Position numbers and translations under genes: made by a program
In this document: in pieces, positions 47,401 through 59,600 of the stretch
How positions within the stretch are numbered: position 1 is the first letter of the stretch
Layout: each line of letters opens with the position of its first letter
The notes under the pieces: generated by a model
What the model saw: only the letters and a program-made list of their open reading frames with translations
What the model was told of the DNA's origin: nothing
The model's database searches: none
DNA from: Octopus bimaculoides
Lineage: Eukaryota
Assembly (NCBI RefSeq): GCF_001194135.2
Contig: NC_068981.1
Span: forward strand, 126,224,416 to 126,288,415
DNA: 64,000 nucleotides
Reading direction: 5' to 3'

Positions 47401-47629
47401 GTGTTTATATAAATAATGAAATGAAATAAGAAGATAATTAAGATTGGCACTGAAAAGGAGAGGTTTAGCTGTGTGTTAGGTTGAAAAACAAGGTCTCTTA
47501 TCTGAACATCTGGTATTCTACTCCTTTTGACGAGGTGTTAAAATATGAAGTAGGGGAATCTGAATGAGCTAGTTTATATAGGGTGGGGTAGTGGAGCAGG
47601 GTAAAGTGTTGGAAGAAGCAAGTGGTTAT

Positions 47630-48026
47630 TGAAACAGAGATCTTATGGATGCTTTTGAAGCGTCATCAGAGTTGTTTCTGCAGCCTTAGAGGGCTTTGGG
47701 TCTTTCAACATCAGATCTTCTCCACTTAACCCAGCTGGGTTGACCAAGTCTCAAACTTGCATCCCTGTAGCTCAAACCACTGGTCTGCTCGTTTTATTTC
47801 AAACCACCCTGTGGCCTTTTCTGCAGCTTCAGTAATGGAGTTTATAGCCTTTCTCTTTGCAACACCAGTAAGTTGTTGCCCAGTTAGAGCTTTGCAAAAT
47901 GAACACACCACAAATCCTAGGGAGCACATTTCAATTGCCTTGCAACGGGCCTGCTGGTCCTAATTTTATGCACTGCTCTTCCAGCTCCTGGTACTTGGCA
48001 GGCCTCCCCTCATAAGCATTCTCCAT
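47630..48026 (-). mobile_element. HERO-like (restriction-like endonuclease clade) non-LTR retrotransposon 3' fragment
   Basis: Translation with one frameshift gives MENAYEGRPAKYQELEEQC..ARCKAIEMCSLGF..KRKAINSITEAAEKATGWFEIKRADQW. This matches my recollection of the HERO C-terminal pattern (ERKxxKYxxL..CxPxEVGCRGF..EAAEKASRWLWIKR). No database check was possible. Confidence 0.65.
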
Positions 48027-48046
48027 ATATTTACATATATATATAT

Positions 48047-48798
48047 CAGAGGTGACTCTAGGTCTTCAGCGTCACTCAGGCTCATCACAGATTTCACATA
48101 AGATACATGCTTACTCAAAAATTTCTAGGCCAAATGGCTTATTCTTTTTATATCTAGCATTATGTCTTTCTCCATTACTAAGTTAAGGGTAAAAATAAAG
48201 CAACCCTGCAAAACACAACTGATCTTTACACAGCAATCGAATAATGGCAGCACAAATCAAATAATGAGTGCACAACAAACATCACTGATCTGACTGTTGC
48301 CTGTATTCTTGACAAGAGATGCCAGTTTGTCTTTTATACCTATCAGGCTCGTTCGTATTAGCCTGAGTTGCTGGATAATTTTTTGTTCCTTTAAGAATAT
48401 TGTAGAAGGGAAACTTTTCATATATTGGAATTCAAATCCTAATCTCTATAGAAATTTATTGCTTCAAGAAAACATTGAATTTGAATTACTTTTAATTTTT
48501 ACAATTATAGATAACAACTCGGGCTGTAACTTCTGAGCCCAAGTCAGGCGAGTATGAACAATGTTGAGAGAATGTCTGCTATGAATGATATTTTTTGACA
48601 GAGCATCTCTAAGACGACCACCAGATGCTGAATGAAAATAACCGAACTGCAATTAGGCTCACTAAAAGTAGCCCGAGTTATTGGCTACTATTATATGCTT
48701 GAAGTCAGTGTTGGCAGAAATTAAATCAGCTTGCAAATATACGTTCATTTTACTAAATTTATACTCGGGCTAAGCCCGAACAGCCCGAGTCACCACTG
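48047..48798. mobile_element. Non-autonomous hAT-type element (752 bp) inserted in (TA)n
   Basis: TIRs cagaggtgactc / gagtcaccactg (11/12 match), atatatat on both sides, and repeated subterminal tcgggct/agcccga motifs at about 48519, 48670 and 48764-48790. Confidence 0.7.
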
Positions 48799-49085
48799 AT
48801 ATATATATATCTATATATACACACACACATACACAGAATATCAAGTAATAAACTTTATACTTTATGAGCCAGCCTCTAGTTTATTGCCAAAAATTATCAG
48901 CTCTCACCCAAATCACACCATGCTATCTTTGAAAGTTATAAAGGAAGATGAGCAGGCCATTGATGGAACACTTCTGATCTTAGGTCTGTAAGAGTAACGG
49001 ACAAGTAGACCAGCATTATAAACTTATACCTACTTTCCCAAGCTAGCATGGGTTGGATGGTTTACTGGTTTCCTAGTTGGTTTAA

Positions 49086-49300
49086 CTCTTTAACATTTAA
49101 ACTGGCTGTATCTGGCCCAAATATTCTGCCTGTTGTATGGTCAAACCAGTCAGATCTGGCCTCTCACACCTTCCTTACAATGTCATTTTACAAATAAACA
49201 ATTACATCAAATTCTCAAAGTTACGAGATAATGCGTTTAATTCAGAACAATGTGAATAAATAAGCATTACATTTGACAGAGTAATATGAATGCTTGAGGA
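49086..49300. mobile_element. piggyBac-type MITE, family 1, diverged copy
   Basis: TTAA-flanked; internal similarity to 30221-30427 (tatctggcccaaatattct, caatgtcatt, acaatgtga.taaataagc). Confidence 0.7.
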
Positions 49301-49904
49301 TTAATGGTCCACATAATGCTCATGTATTCTATTTGACACAGTTTCTAGAGTTGGATGTCCAACCATTTTACAAATGTTCTTGGTGTATTTTATAGCATCA
49401 GCAAAACTCAAGTGTCCTCTTTATTCCATGTTACCTCTATTCATTCATTGGCAGATAGACAAGAAAGTGATGGAGGCAGCAAGATGTATTTTCATTAGTC
49501 AAGGAAGCCTCTAGCTGGTTACTCAATTTGTGTAATAAAAAGATGCATTGGATAATCTTAGATCCTTCCTCAAAGTGCAATGGTCATGATTATAATGTTT
49601 CAGAGCCAAATGAGGCCTAAATAACGATTTCCATGTTGCCTTCTGCTTAGGCAAATGCATTAATTCCTTAACACCGACAAAAAACGACTTATCACCTAGG
49701 GCCAGTTTTGACCTGCACAATAATTTCCATGTTGCTTCCTACCTAGGAGACTTTCTGCTGGCACACATATTTGTTTCTTAACATTGAGAAATGACTTACC
49801 ACCTAAGCAATCCTTCTTTCTCTGTCTAACTTATTGATCTCTAATTCAGTGTCCCAATTGTTAAAAGGTAGGGTCAGATTTTTATTTGATAAGAAAGTTG
49901 TTTA

Positions 49905-50247
49905 TATTTCCCAACCACATGGTTTCGGGTTCAGTCCCACTGTGTGGCACCTTGGGCAAGTGTCTTCTACTATAGCCTCAGGCCAACCAAAATCTTGTGA
50001 GTTGATTTGGTAGATGGAAGCTGAAAGAAGCCTGTCATATATATATGTGTTGTGTGTCTTTGTCCTCCCACCACTTGACAACTGGTGTTTTGCATCCCTG
50101 TAACTTAGTGGTTCGGCAAAAAGAGGTCATATAATGAGTACCAAGCTCAAAAAATTAAGTACTGGAATCGATTCATTTGACTAAAACTTCTTCAAGGTGG
50201 TGCCCCAGCATGGCTACAGGTTAATGAATGAAACAGATAAAAGAAAC
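49905..50247 (+). mobile_element. tRNA-derived CORE-like SINE, family B, with an internal (TA)/(TG) tract
   Basis: B-box-like gggttcagtccc and CORE-like caccttgggcaagtgtctt. Homologues at 20505-20850 (+), 51800-51950 (-), 56700-56860 (-), 57615-57780 (-) and a tail at 58240-58300. Confidence 0.78.
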
Positions 50248-51192
50248 CGTTTTGTACTATAACTAAAGCATTTTAATCTAGTTTACCTTTGCTAGGTCTT
50301 ATTCATCACTAAAACTATTGTAAGCCTTCTAATTAGACAGGGGCTCTAATTCTTTTAGGAGAGAAACTTAGCTTATTGCAGGTAAAGTTCAGGATTTGAG
50401 AAAAGTAGTTAGTCTGCCTTGGCAACAGTCACATTATATGATTATTCAATTGTGATGAGTGAAGAATTTTGTTTCAGGTTTTTTAATCTTTGTCTGAAAG
50501 TAAAATTGTGCTGCAAGTTGGTTAATGAAGCTAGTTTTGTTAGTTTTCAGCAAAAGTGATGACACCATATTTTTTCTCAGCTGAAAAATAAGAATTCAAA
50601 TCATGTGGTTTTTCATTCTTCAAGGTAACAGAACTTAGGGAATTGTTTTGGTATGCTATAGAGCTCTGAAAGAAAATGAAAGATAATTGGTGTTTAATTG
50701 CTTGCAGTGCACTAGAACCATCAGGCCAATGAAGACTTGATACAAATGGATGATCCTCAACATATAAACCAGAATGTAGTCACTACCAGTGACTGACTTT
50801 ATTCTGAAATTTTGTGTCAGAACATTGATCAGTATGGTCTTCAATTTCATAAGAAGCCAACTTTTGGTATTTAAAAAATTTTCCACTATATTAATTATGA
50901 TATATCAACTAACTTGATCAGTCTCTTAGTTCTGGTAAGAGTTTGATAATACAAAATTATGAAAATAGTTTTGACAAAGATTTCTGTCAAGTTGTTCAAA
51001 AGTAATCTGAAACCAATTCTGATGGTTATTATCACAGGGCAGACTGGTTCTGAGGTTAACAAGTTCACTGCACAAGCCATTTGTTCAATTCAAATACATC
51101 AACTTGGATAAGTGTTTTCTACAATAATCTCATACTGACTAATGATTTTTGAGAGCAATTTGTAAACAGATTCAGTTGTGTGTGTAAATATA

Positions 51193-51223
<31 letters not shown>

Positions 51224-52939
51224 GTATGTGAAATTTATGGTATTTATATCCTTGGAAGGGACATAATTTAAATGACTTAACCATTCAATAATGTCCTCTT
51301 TTCGATGCTTGCATGGGTGAGATGGTATATCTGAAGCAGGTTTTCTATGGCTTGTTGCCTTTCCTGTCACCAGTCCTCACCTGTTTCCAAGCACAATAAT
51401 TTCCCCATGCCTAGACATGTTTTCATGGAGGACTGCTTACAAGGGACATCACTTATATAATGGCAGTGCTCATTTTTATATGTAATGTATAATGTCTAAA
51501 CTGATGGTAGGTCTTTCATAGTCTGAGAAAGACAGTTCTACAATTTCTTGCTGAACAAACCTGCACAAACGGTTTGTTTAAAGTGAGTAAATGTGCGTGT
51601 TGTACAATAGCTTGCTCACGCCATCAAATTGATGTCAGCTGAACAGGTGCACGGTGTACCACATATCAGGTGTCAAAGTATTTTGCTCAAGAATATAGTG
51701 TACTGCTTGATCCAGGAATTGAAACCACAATCTTATGATTGTGAGTGCAACAATGTAACAACTAGGTCATGTGCTCTCAGCAATGTCAAGACTAGGAGAC
51801 ACAAATACACATATACCATGGGCATTTTTCAGTTTCTATCAAATTTACTTACAATGCTTTGGTTGCTCAAGGTAGCACATGTAGGACTGAACCTGAAAAC
51901 ACATGATTGGGAAGAAAACTTCTTAGTTACACAGCCATGCCTAACTTAGATCCATCATGAGCCCTAAGAATCATAAAGTTAGAACATAATCCAGTTTCCA
52001 TGGCATACAACTGCGATTACAATCCCCACTGAACTGAACTGGATGCTAGTCTAGAAGAGGGTTAACTTCTTAGCTGTTGAATGAATTGAACTGGAGCAAT
52101 GTGACATGATGCACTTTGTTAATGAACACTAAATACCACCCAGTCTGGGAATCAAAATCACTATCTTTTGAAGAGTGCAACACTCGAAACATTAAGCTAC
52201 AGGCCTTCAACATGCCTAGCAGTATAAAAACTGGCATCAATAAAATAGGTAAAAACCTTGAAGACTGAAATCAATGAAAAAATATAGTGTGTTTGTAGTT
52301 ATAGAAACAATTATCAAAAGAATATGTTACTCCACTCACTTTTTTCTGCTTGTTTAGAAAAATGTAAGAATCATCATCATTTAATGTTTTCCATACTGGT
52401 ATGGGTTGGACGGTTTAACAGGAGCTGATCAGCTGAAGGTCTGTTCAGGCTCCATATCTATTTTGGCATGGTTTCTAGAGCTGGATGCCCTTCCTAATGC
52501 CAACCACTTTACAGTGTACTTACAAAAATGTAAGGAAAGTATGTAAATTTATTTTTATACATAAACCTTGTTACAAAAAAAATTAGCTGTTCCTTTTAAT
52601 AACCACTCTTATATTGCCAAGAGTTGGTTGAGGTCACAATATGTCTTCTCTCTCTGTGTTATGGTTCAGTTTACACATAAAAATTAGCATTTGAAAATTT
52701 TCTCTACGATTCAATTTTAGCTTCTGTTTGTTCATTATGTTTGAAATTAATATTCTAAACCTAACTTTTACTCCATTGTCAACCAATGTTTTCTCTAGTA
52801 ATTTCAATTAATTGTGCTGACATGAAAGTTCGGTGCAACCCTGTGGCTTGCCAGATCCTGTTAAACCATCCAACCCATCCCAGCATGGAAAATGGATATC
52901 AAATGTTGATAATGAAGTTAATGAGGGCACCTGCTCTTA

Positions 52940-53110
52940 TTAGAAGGTCATCTGATCTGCTAATAATAGTAGCAAATTATATGTCAAATCACAACCTACC
53001 ATCTTAGAAACATAAAGGAGATGTTAGATAATGTTGTCCAAGAAATTTATAAAAACATGCAATAATCAAGACAAAAGTAGGCTTCATCATAGTTCTGCTC
53101 AATTAGGGTT
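52940..53110 (+). repeat. Unclassified dispersed repeat family
   Basis: The motif aatagc..caaat(c)t...aaatcacacc.taccatcttaaaaa recurs at about 6840-6990 (-), 48890-49010 and 54440-54610. Confidence 0.5.
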
Positions 53111-53304
53111 AACCTTGTACTAAACTAATTTCAATAGTGTACATCTAACAAAATCATAACTGATTTCTTCACATTTGTCACATACTCACTTCATTCACTG
53201 TCCATGTTTTACTACTACAAAGCACTGCTCTTCTTACAGGGTTATTTGTACAGTATACGAAAAAACTGTGATAAATATACCAGCAGAAAATTTCATCAGA
53301 GCAT

Positions 53305-53314
53305 TTTATTTATT
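53305..53314 (-). terminator. Candidate ABCF1 polyadenylation signal (overlapping AATAAATAAA)
   Basis: Plus strand tttatttatt, about 150 nt downstream of the stop. AATAAA is frequent in AT-rich DNA, so this is tentative. Confidence 0.4.
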
Positions 53315-53459
53315 TCTTTAAGAATATATTGCCAAGAATCTTTCATTGAAAGGAGTAAATCTTTAGTATTAACCAATTATTAAAACAAAATTAATTGCCT
53401 TGATAGAATGTGATACAGATTACAGATTTATTTTTTTCCCTATAAAATATCCACTAAAA

Positions 53460-53644
53460 TCATTTAACGGAAGAAGCTGAAGCAGCTGCAGCATTGGCCA
53501 GTTCCTCTCCAAGTGATGTGAGCAGCTCACAGCGATAGTCATCAAAGTCACCTTCAATTTCATTTATAGTGCTGTCTTCTATCACCATTAACTGGCAGTT
53601 CGTCTCTCTGATCAGTCGTTCATCGTGGCTCACTATGATCACAC
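53460..53644 (-). CDS. ABCF1: ABCF1 last coding exon, H-loop to stop ([18 protein letters not shown]...[14 protein letters not shown])
   Basis: tttacag acceptor, TGA at 53462-53460. Confidence 0.96.
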
Positions 53645-56600
53645 CTGTAAAGATTAAAGCAAGTATGTAAATCCAAGGAAATGTAACTCATAAAAAATAT
53701 CGAGCAGTTAAGATTGGTGCTGTTTTATGGAGTAACTAGCAGCGTTTTAGAAAGGTTGTCCTTTGTACTATATAGAATACTTCCATTATCACTGTATTAA
53801 CTAGACTATCAGATGTCATAAATCACTGATTACAGGGTACTCCTGATTCTTTTTCATCTTGGTTCAAATTCTTCAACTAAATTGTCTTCCCATTGTTGTG
53901 GAAGCCACTAAGGGGTCTTTTCTGATCTCTTGGATACTACCAATTGTTTGCAAACCTTTTGACGTCCAGCCTGGCATAACTTGTGCTTTTGGTATTCTGC
54001 AATAATGTTGTTCACTCTGATTTGTTCTTAAATTATCTCGTTTTAGACATGTTCTTGCAACGATATTCTTAGCAAGGATCTGTCCATGGCTTTTTGCCTC
54101 ATAACCAATCGATGTTCTTCTCTCTTTGCAATAGCCCATTTCTGCATATAAGAACTCAGGTAGGATAGTACTGTTGAAGAGTTGGCCATTACAGAGTAAG
54201 TGAATTTCCACATTGGTGATTCTCATTTGAATCATTCTGCTTTTACCTGCTTTGTCGTAAGGTGAGTAGAGCAAATGGTGCTCAGTACTTGCTGAATGGT
54301 ACCAGTGATGAAATGAAATCTACATTCAAAAATCATTCAACAAAGAAACCTCTGTGTGATTGTTTAAGTGTTAGAAATAACAGCTAAATCTCACTGGTGT
54401 TCAACAACTTTTTAAACAGCTAAAGAAGGTGATCTTGATGGGATCACTTGATGCTATAAAAAATAGCTGCCAAATCTCCTTCTAACTGCATCTGGATTTT
54501 TTAAAAAAAGAACACATTGCATAATATGTGTAAAAGAGATGATGTCATGGATGGAATGTCTATGATTGCAAGAATGCTCAATTAAGGTTGACTAGGAGGT
54601 TAAACAACATGTTCTTCAATACATACATCTGTTAGCAAGATTGCTGTTTATAGAAGTACAATATCAACTACATATACCAGTGCATGTGTAACTGGAACAG
54701 AAGCCTGTGCCTATCAGTAACTAATATTGATATTAATTCTGTATAAAATACTTGTAAAATAATTTGAATTTAAGTAGAGTTTACAAACCTCCTTCATAAT
54801 CATTAATTGCATCAGCAAGAGCATCAATTGACTCTATGTCCAGGTTGTTGGTAGGTTCATCCTAATAGAGAAAATATAACATTTTTCTTGATTGTTTCTT
54901 CATTTAATTACAAAAGCACATAAACAAGACTTTGGATTGTAGCACATGATAGATATGAATTATAACAAAGATTATACATTATATAAATGGTTTCTAATTT
55001 AGGTACAAGACCAGCAATTTTGAGAGGAGAGGTTAAGTTGATACTATCAACCCCAATACTTGACTGGTACTATATTTTATTGACATCAAAAGAATGAAAG
55101 GCAAGGTTGACCACAGCAGGATTTGAGGAATAGAAAAATGCTATTTGTGAGTGAAATAGAAAATAGAATAAATAAATAGCCAACTAAATAATTTAACTAG
55201 TATCTAGTTTATTTGACAAACAATGATTCTATCAGAAGGAAATAAAATATAAAAGAAAAAGGATAATAATATAGAAATATTTTTTTACCAAAATGACAAC
55301 ATCAGGTGCTCTACAGGTTAGTTCTGCTAATGCCACTCTTGCCTTCTGTCCACCTGAAAGGTCTCGGTTAGCAATAGTGTGAGCATGACTAGATAAACCA
55401 AATCGGCCAAGTGTTTTTCTGGCATCTTGACAGGGCATATTGAATAAACGCTGAAAGTAAAATATGTCAGTTGAAAGAACAAAAGATTCTACTTGAAATG
55501 TTATAGAGCAAATAAAAAATAAGATCAGTGCTTCTAAAATAGTGTTTCATGAAGTATCAGGTTGTATGGTGGATTAAAAAAAATATAATTTAAAGTTTTA
55601 GAAAATCCACACTTGGGGGTGGGGGTCTCCTAGTAATTTATAATAAGTACATTTAATAAAACAGGTAAGTAATGGATTTTGTTTTACATTTTTATTTCTA
55701 AATTAAAAAAAGCTTTTAATAAATTTTCCTTGTATGATGTGCGAGTTATATTCTTTTGCTCTCAAGTCTGAGATGCAGTAAATTAGATGAACAGATAAAT
55801 AAAAAGGAAACAGTGTAATAAATCAAACATAGCTTTATCTAAGGCAGTGGTTCTCAACCATTTTTTGCCTGTGGGCCCCCATAGCCATTTGAAGTTTTAG
55901 GACATCCCATTATATTTTTAGAATATTATTAGAAATTGTATTAAAAAAATGTTAAAATATTTTGTGTCTTGTAGAAGTATAACTGATTTTATTGCATAAT
56001 TTTTAACAACAAAATATTGTATGGACCCCCAAGGGTCATGTGGACCTTGGTTGAGAACCACTGATCTAAGGTGCTGAACAACTGATAGCATAGGTCTAAG
56101 CTGTGTTTATGACTGTCATTGTGCTTCCCATATCAACAAAACATAACTCTACTAGTTCCATAATGAAATCCAGGATAACTCAAGAAAACAAATGAAGATC
56201 TGCATTGGCAATAATAAATCAAAAGGAAAATCTGGGGGTTGTTGAACAATTTAAATTGCTGTGAGCAGAAAGTCTGAGAGAATAATAGAAAGATGTGATG
56301 AGAGTTGTTTGCTGGTACAATCAGGTAGACAGCTGTAGAGCAAGAATCTGAAATGTTAGACTTTATATTTAAATTATTCAACATTCCACAAACTCCAGCT
56401 CACCAGAATGAAGAAAAAAAAAAAAGAAACAAGTTTACTCTTTCTTACTTTGCATTTGAATGTTTATTTGTTGGAATAATCGATGTAAAATATTTTTTGC
56501 TTTGTTTTGTTTTTCAATACTACCATGAGTTAATCAAATAAATATTATTGGGGCAACCCTTCTGGTAACTTATCTATATCTGTTTTAAGCAAGCAATTTT

Positions 56601-59600
56601 CATTTCACTCTTCTACAAAAGTGCAGAGTTGCAGAGGATTTGTTGAGCCTGTAGCTCAGTATATTTTTCAGGTGAAAACCAGCATGCAAACATTTACACA
56701 CAAAATGGGCTTCTGTATAGTTTCCATCTATCAAATCCACTTACAGACCACTAGTTGGTTTGGGCTATAAAAGAAGATGCTTGTCCAAGGCATCATGCAG
56801 TGAGACTGAACTCAGAACCACATGGTTAAGAAGAGAACTCCTTAACTACACAGCCAAGCCTGCATCTGAATTAGTTTTGAAAAAAAAGAGTCCAAATGAA
56901 ATTCACAACAATTATAATACTGATTCATGTTATTCTGAAAGAAGATTTTCTGTTAAGAAACAATGAATGTTCTATAAAGAAAATAATATTGCAGATAAAT
57001 GTATTGATAGAAATTTTGCAAAACAACAATGATTACTTACCATAAGATATTCTGTTGGACTCTCGCTTAAGTTCAACTGGTCAGCTGAATGCTGATCATA
57101 TTTACCTATCCGCTGTACAAAGAAATGATGGTAGATTTTAGTCAGATTCAAAGAATATAGCAACAATTGGACAGGTCTAGGTTGTAGTCTAAATGTTTGT
57201 AATATGATTACTAGCTTTCTGAGATCATAGACCCAAATTTTATTGCAGTCCAAATGAGCTTGTCTTGTCAACATTGCTGGAAAAGGAAGCCACCTTCTTT
57301 TCACATTTGGGCAGTTTGTAGGGGGAAGTGCTTTTCAAATGTAAAAGTCATTTTTGCCAACTATTCCATATAATGTCTGTCTCTCCATGCCAGCAAGGGT
57401 TACTTGAGGGAGGATTTTTACAGCCAAATGCTCTTTCTATCACTAATCTCCACCTCTTTTTCAAGTAAGGGAAATTAAATTTCAGAGGAATTTGAAAGCA
57501 AGTGCGAGAAGGTGATTTATCAACAGGAAATGTCAATAGACATAACTGGCTGTAGCACAGCATCAAACAGTGAAATCACTATCTATAGTGTAGCTCACTG
57601 CAGATTATAAACATTCACACACACATGATGGGCTTCTTTCAGTTTCCATCTATCAAATTCCCTAACAAGTCATTGGTTGACCCAGAGGCTATAGCAGAAG
57701 ACACTTGCTCAAAGTGTTATGCTGTGGAACTGGACCCAAAGATACATGATTGAGAAGCAAACTTCTTAATCACACAGTTATAATCTCAGGCATGCTAACT
57801 AAGAAAAGTGGATTTGTGTGTTCTTTAAACTCTTAATGAACACAAAACAGTGATATTATTTATATGACAAGTTAATTGAAATTGTCTTTTATTAAAAGAG
57901 TGATATTATTTATATGACAAGTTAATTGAAATTGTCTTTTATTAAAACTTTGAAGAATAACTTTTAGTTTAGTAAACAAAAGACAATGAAAGTGGTTTAC
58001 TTACAAGCCTGTGATTTTGTTTCACTTCTCCTTTAGTCTAAGAAATAAAGAAAAAAAAAAACAAGTATTTTAAATGATTTTTCTTTCTTTTTTTGTACTT
58101 CATTCATGTTGCATGAAAAGCAAAGTTAACAAAGTTGTTAATTACAGGCAATGAAGTTTCTGGTAGAACCTTGTACTATAGAAGAAATACTTGAGAATCA
58201 TTCTAGCTTTCTATGTCTTATATAATAAAAATTTAGCCATAAAGGCAGTGCTCCAGTATGGCTGCAGTCAAATGACTGAAACAAGTAAAAGAGTAAAAGA
58301 ATATATAGAATATTTTATTTAAAGAGAATGTAACTTAATAAATCACAAAATGCAATTGATATGTAAATAAGGATTTCTGAAATTAAAGTATCATCATACT
58401 GCAAAAATTAGGTACTTAAAAATATCACTGATAATTAGGATGACTGTTAATGACAATGATAATGAACCAAGTAATAAATCTTATTTCAATTTTCAAACTG
58501 AGCAATATTACTTATGTTGAAAATCACAACATACACCTCACCCACCATAAAATGTCTATTTAAAAACATTCATAATTCATAGAGAAAATTTGTAGTTTCC
58601 TTAGTTAAATCAGCTTTTAAAAAGAATGCTTATATTTACATTTAAGGAATGTAACATCATTTCAAGGTAGATTACAAATAAGTTTTATTGATCAGGTCAA
58701 TTTTATGAACAGAGAATGCCTGTTCAAAGTAACATAGCTGCTGCTCCCATCTTTCAACTAGCTGATGTGACATCATCTTTCAACTTGGCTCTACTCAACA
58801 GCCCAATATTAACTTTGACTTTTCAGAATATATATATATACATATCTTCATTAGATAATGTGCAGAAGATGGTCGGTGGCCATACCTCTTACCATTTATC
58901 CCTTACTGAAATTGTACGCACATATAATGCTTTAACCCTTTTGTTACCAAACCGGCTCTGGCTCTGAGTACAAATGTCCTGTTTTCGTAAGTTTTGAATT
59001 AAAATCTTGCACCAAACCTTAGTCACAATTTATGTCCTAACTCTAATGAATGATAACTATGTTATTTTACTAAATTCTTTGTTATATTTAAAATAATTGA
59101 AAGAAACACAGAATATCTCAAAATAAATACAGTAACGAAAGGGTTAACAGATGTAAAATAAACAAAATATCTTTCACATGATAGCTTTATAGTAGCAATA
59201 ACCTATACATACCGGATGAAGCTCTTTAGTTAATAATTTCAAGAAAGTACTTTTTCCCACACCATTGGGTCCAACAATGGCCACTGAAAAGTAATTCAAG
59301 AGGTAATTGTACATTATACTAATAAGCAATAATTTATCTAAATTATACAACCTGAAAAGTTACAGAAAGGGGAGAGAAAATTATGGAGTACATACCCCGA
59401 GATGACATATCAATTCCAAAATCTAGGTCTTGAAAAATATAATCAGTTGTTGCATATTTAAAATAGATACCTAAAAATAAACAGTGTGAATAATATTAGT
59501 ATATAACTAACAAACTGCTAAAATAAAACACTAATAGCTTACTGAGAGAGGTGTATATTTTTTTATCATTTTTATAATGGATTTAAAAAATAAAAAAAAT

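Noticed and set aside
47640-47745. Hammerhead ribozyme suggested by CTGATGA and GAAAC motifs
   Set aside because: Only 4 nt separate GAAAC from CTGATGA, so stems I and III cannot form, and I could not build a valid hammerhead topology by eye.
49628-49810. Diverged tandem duplication of about 100 bp (atttccatgttgc..tagg twice)
   Set aside because: Real but old and without coding or structural signal; nothing to interpret from sequence alone.
53873-54274. 133-aa ORF as a nested gene or alternative ABCF1 exon
   Set aside because: It is an off-frame composite of a decayed RTE thumb region.
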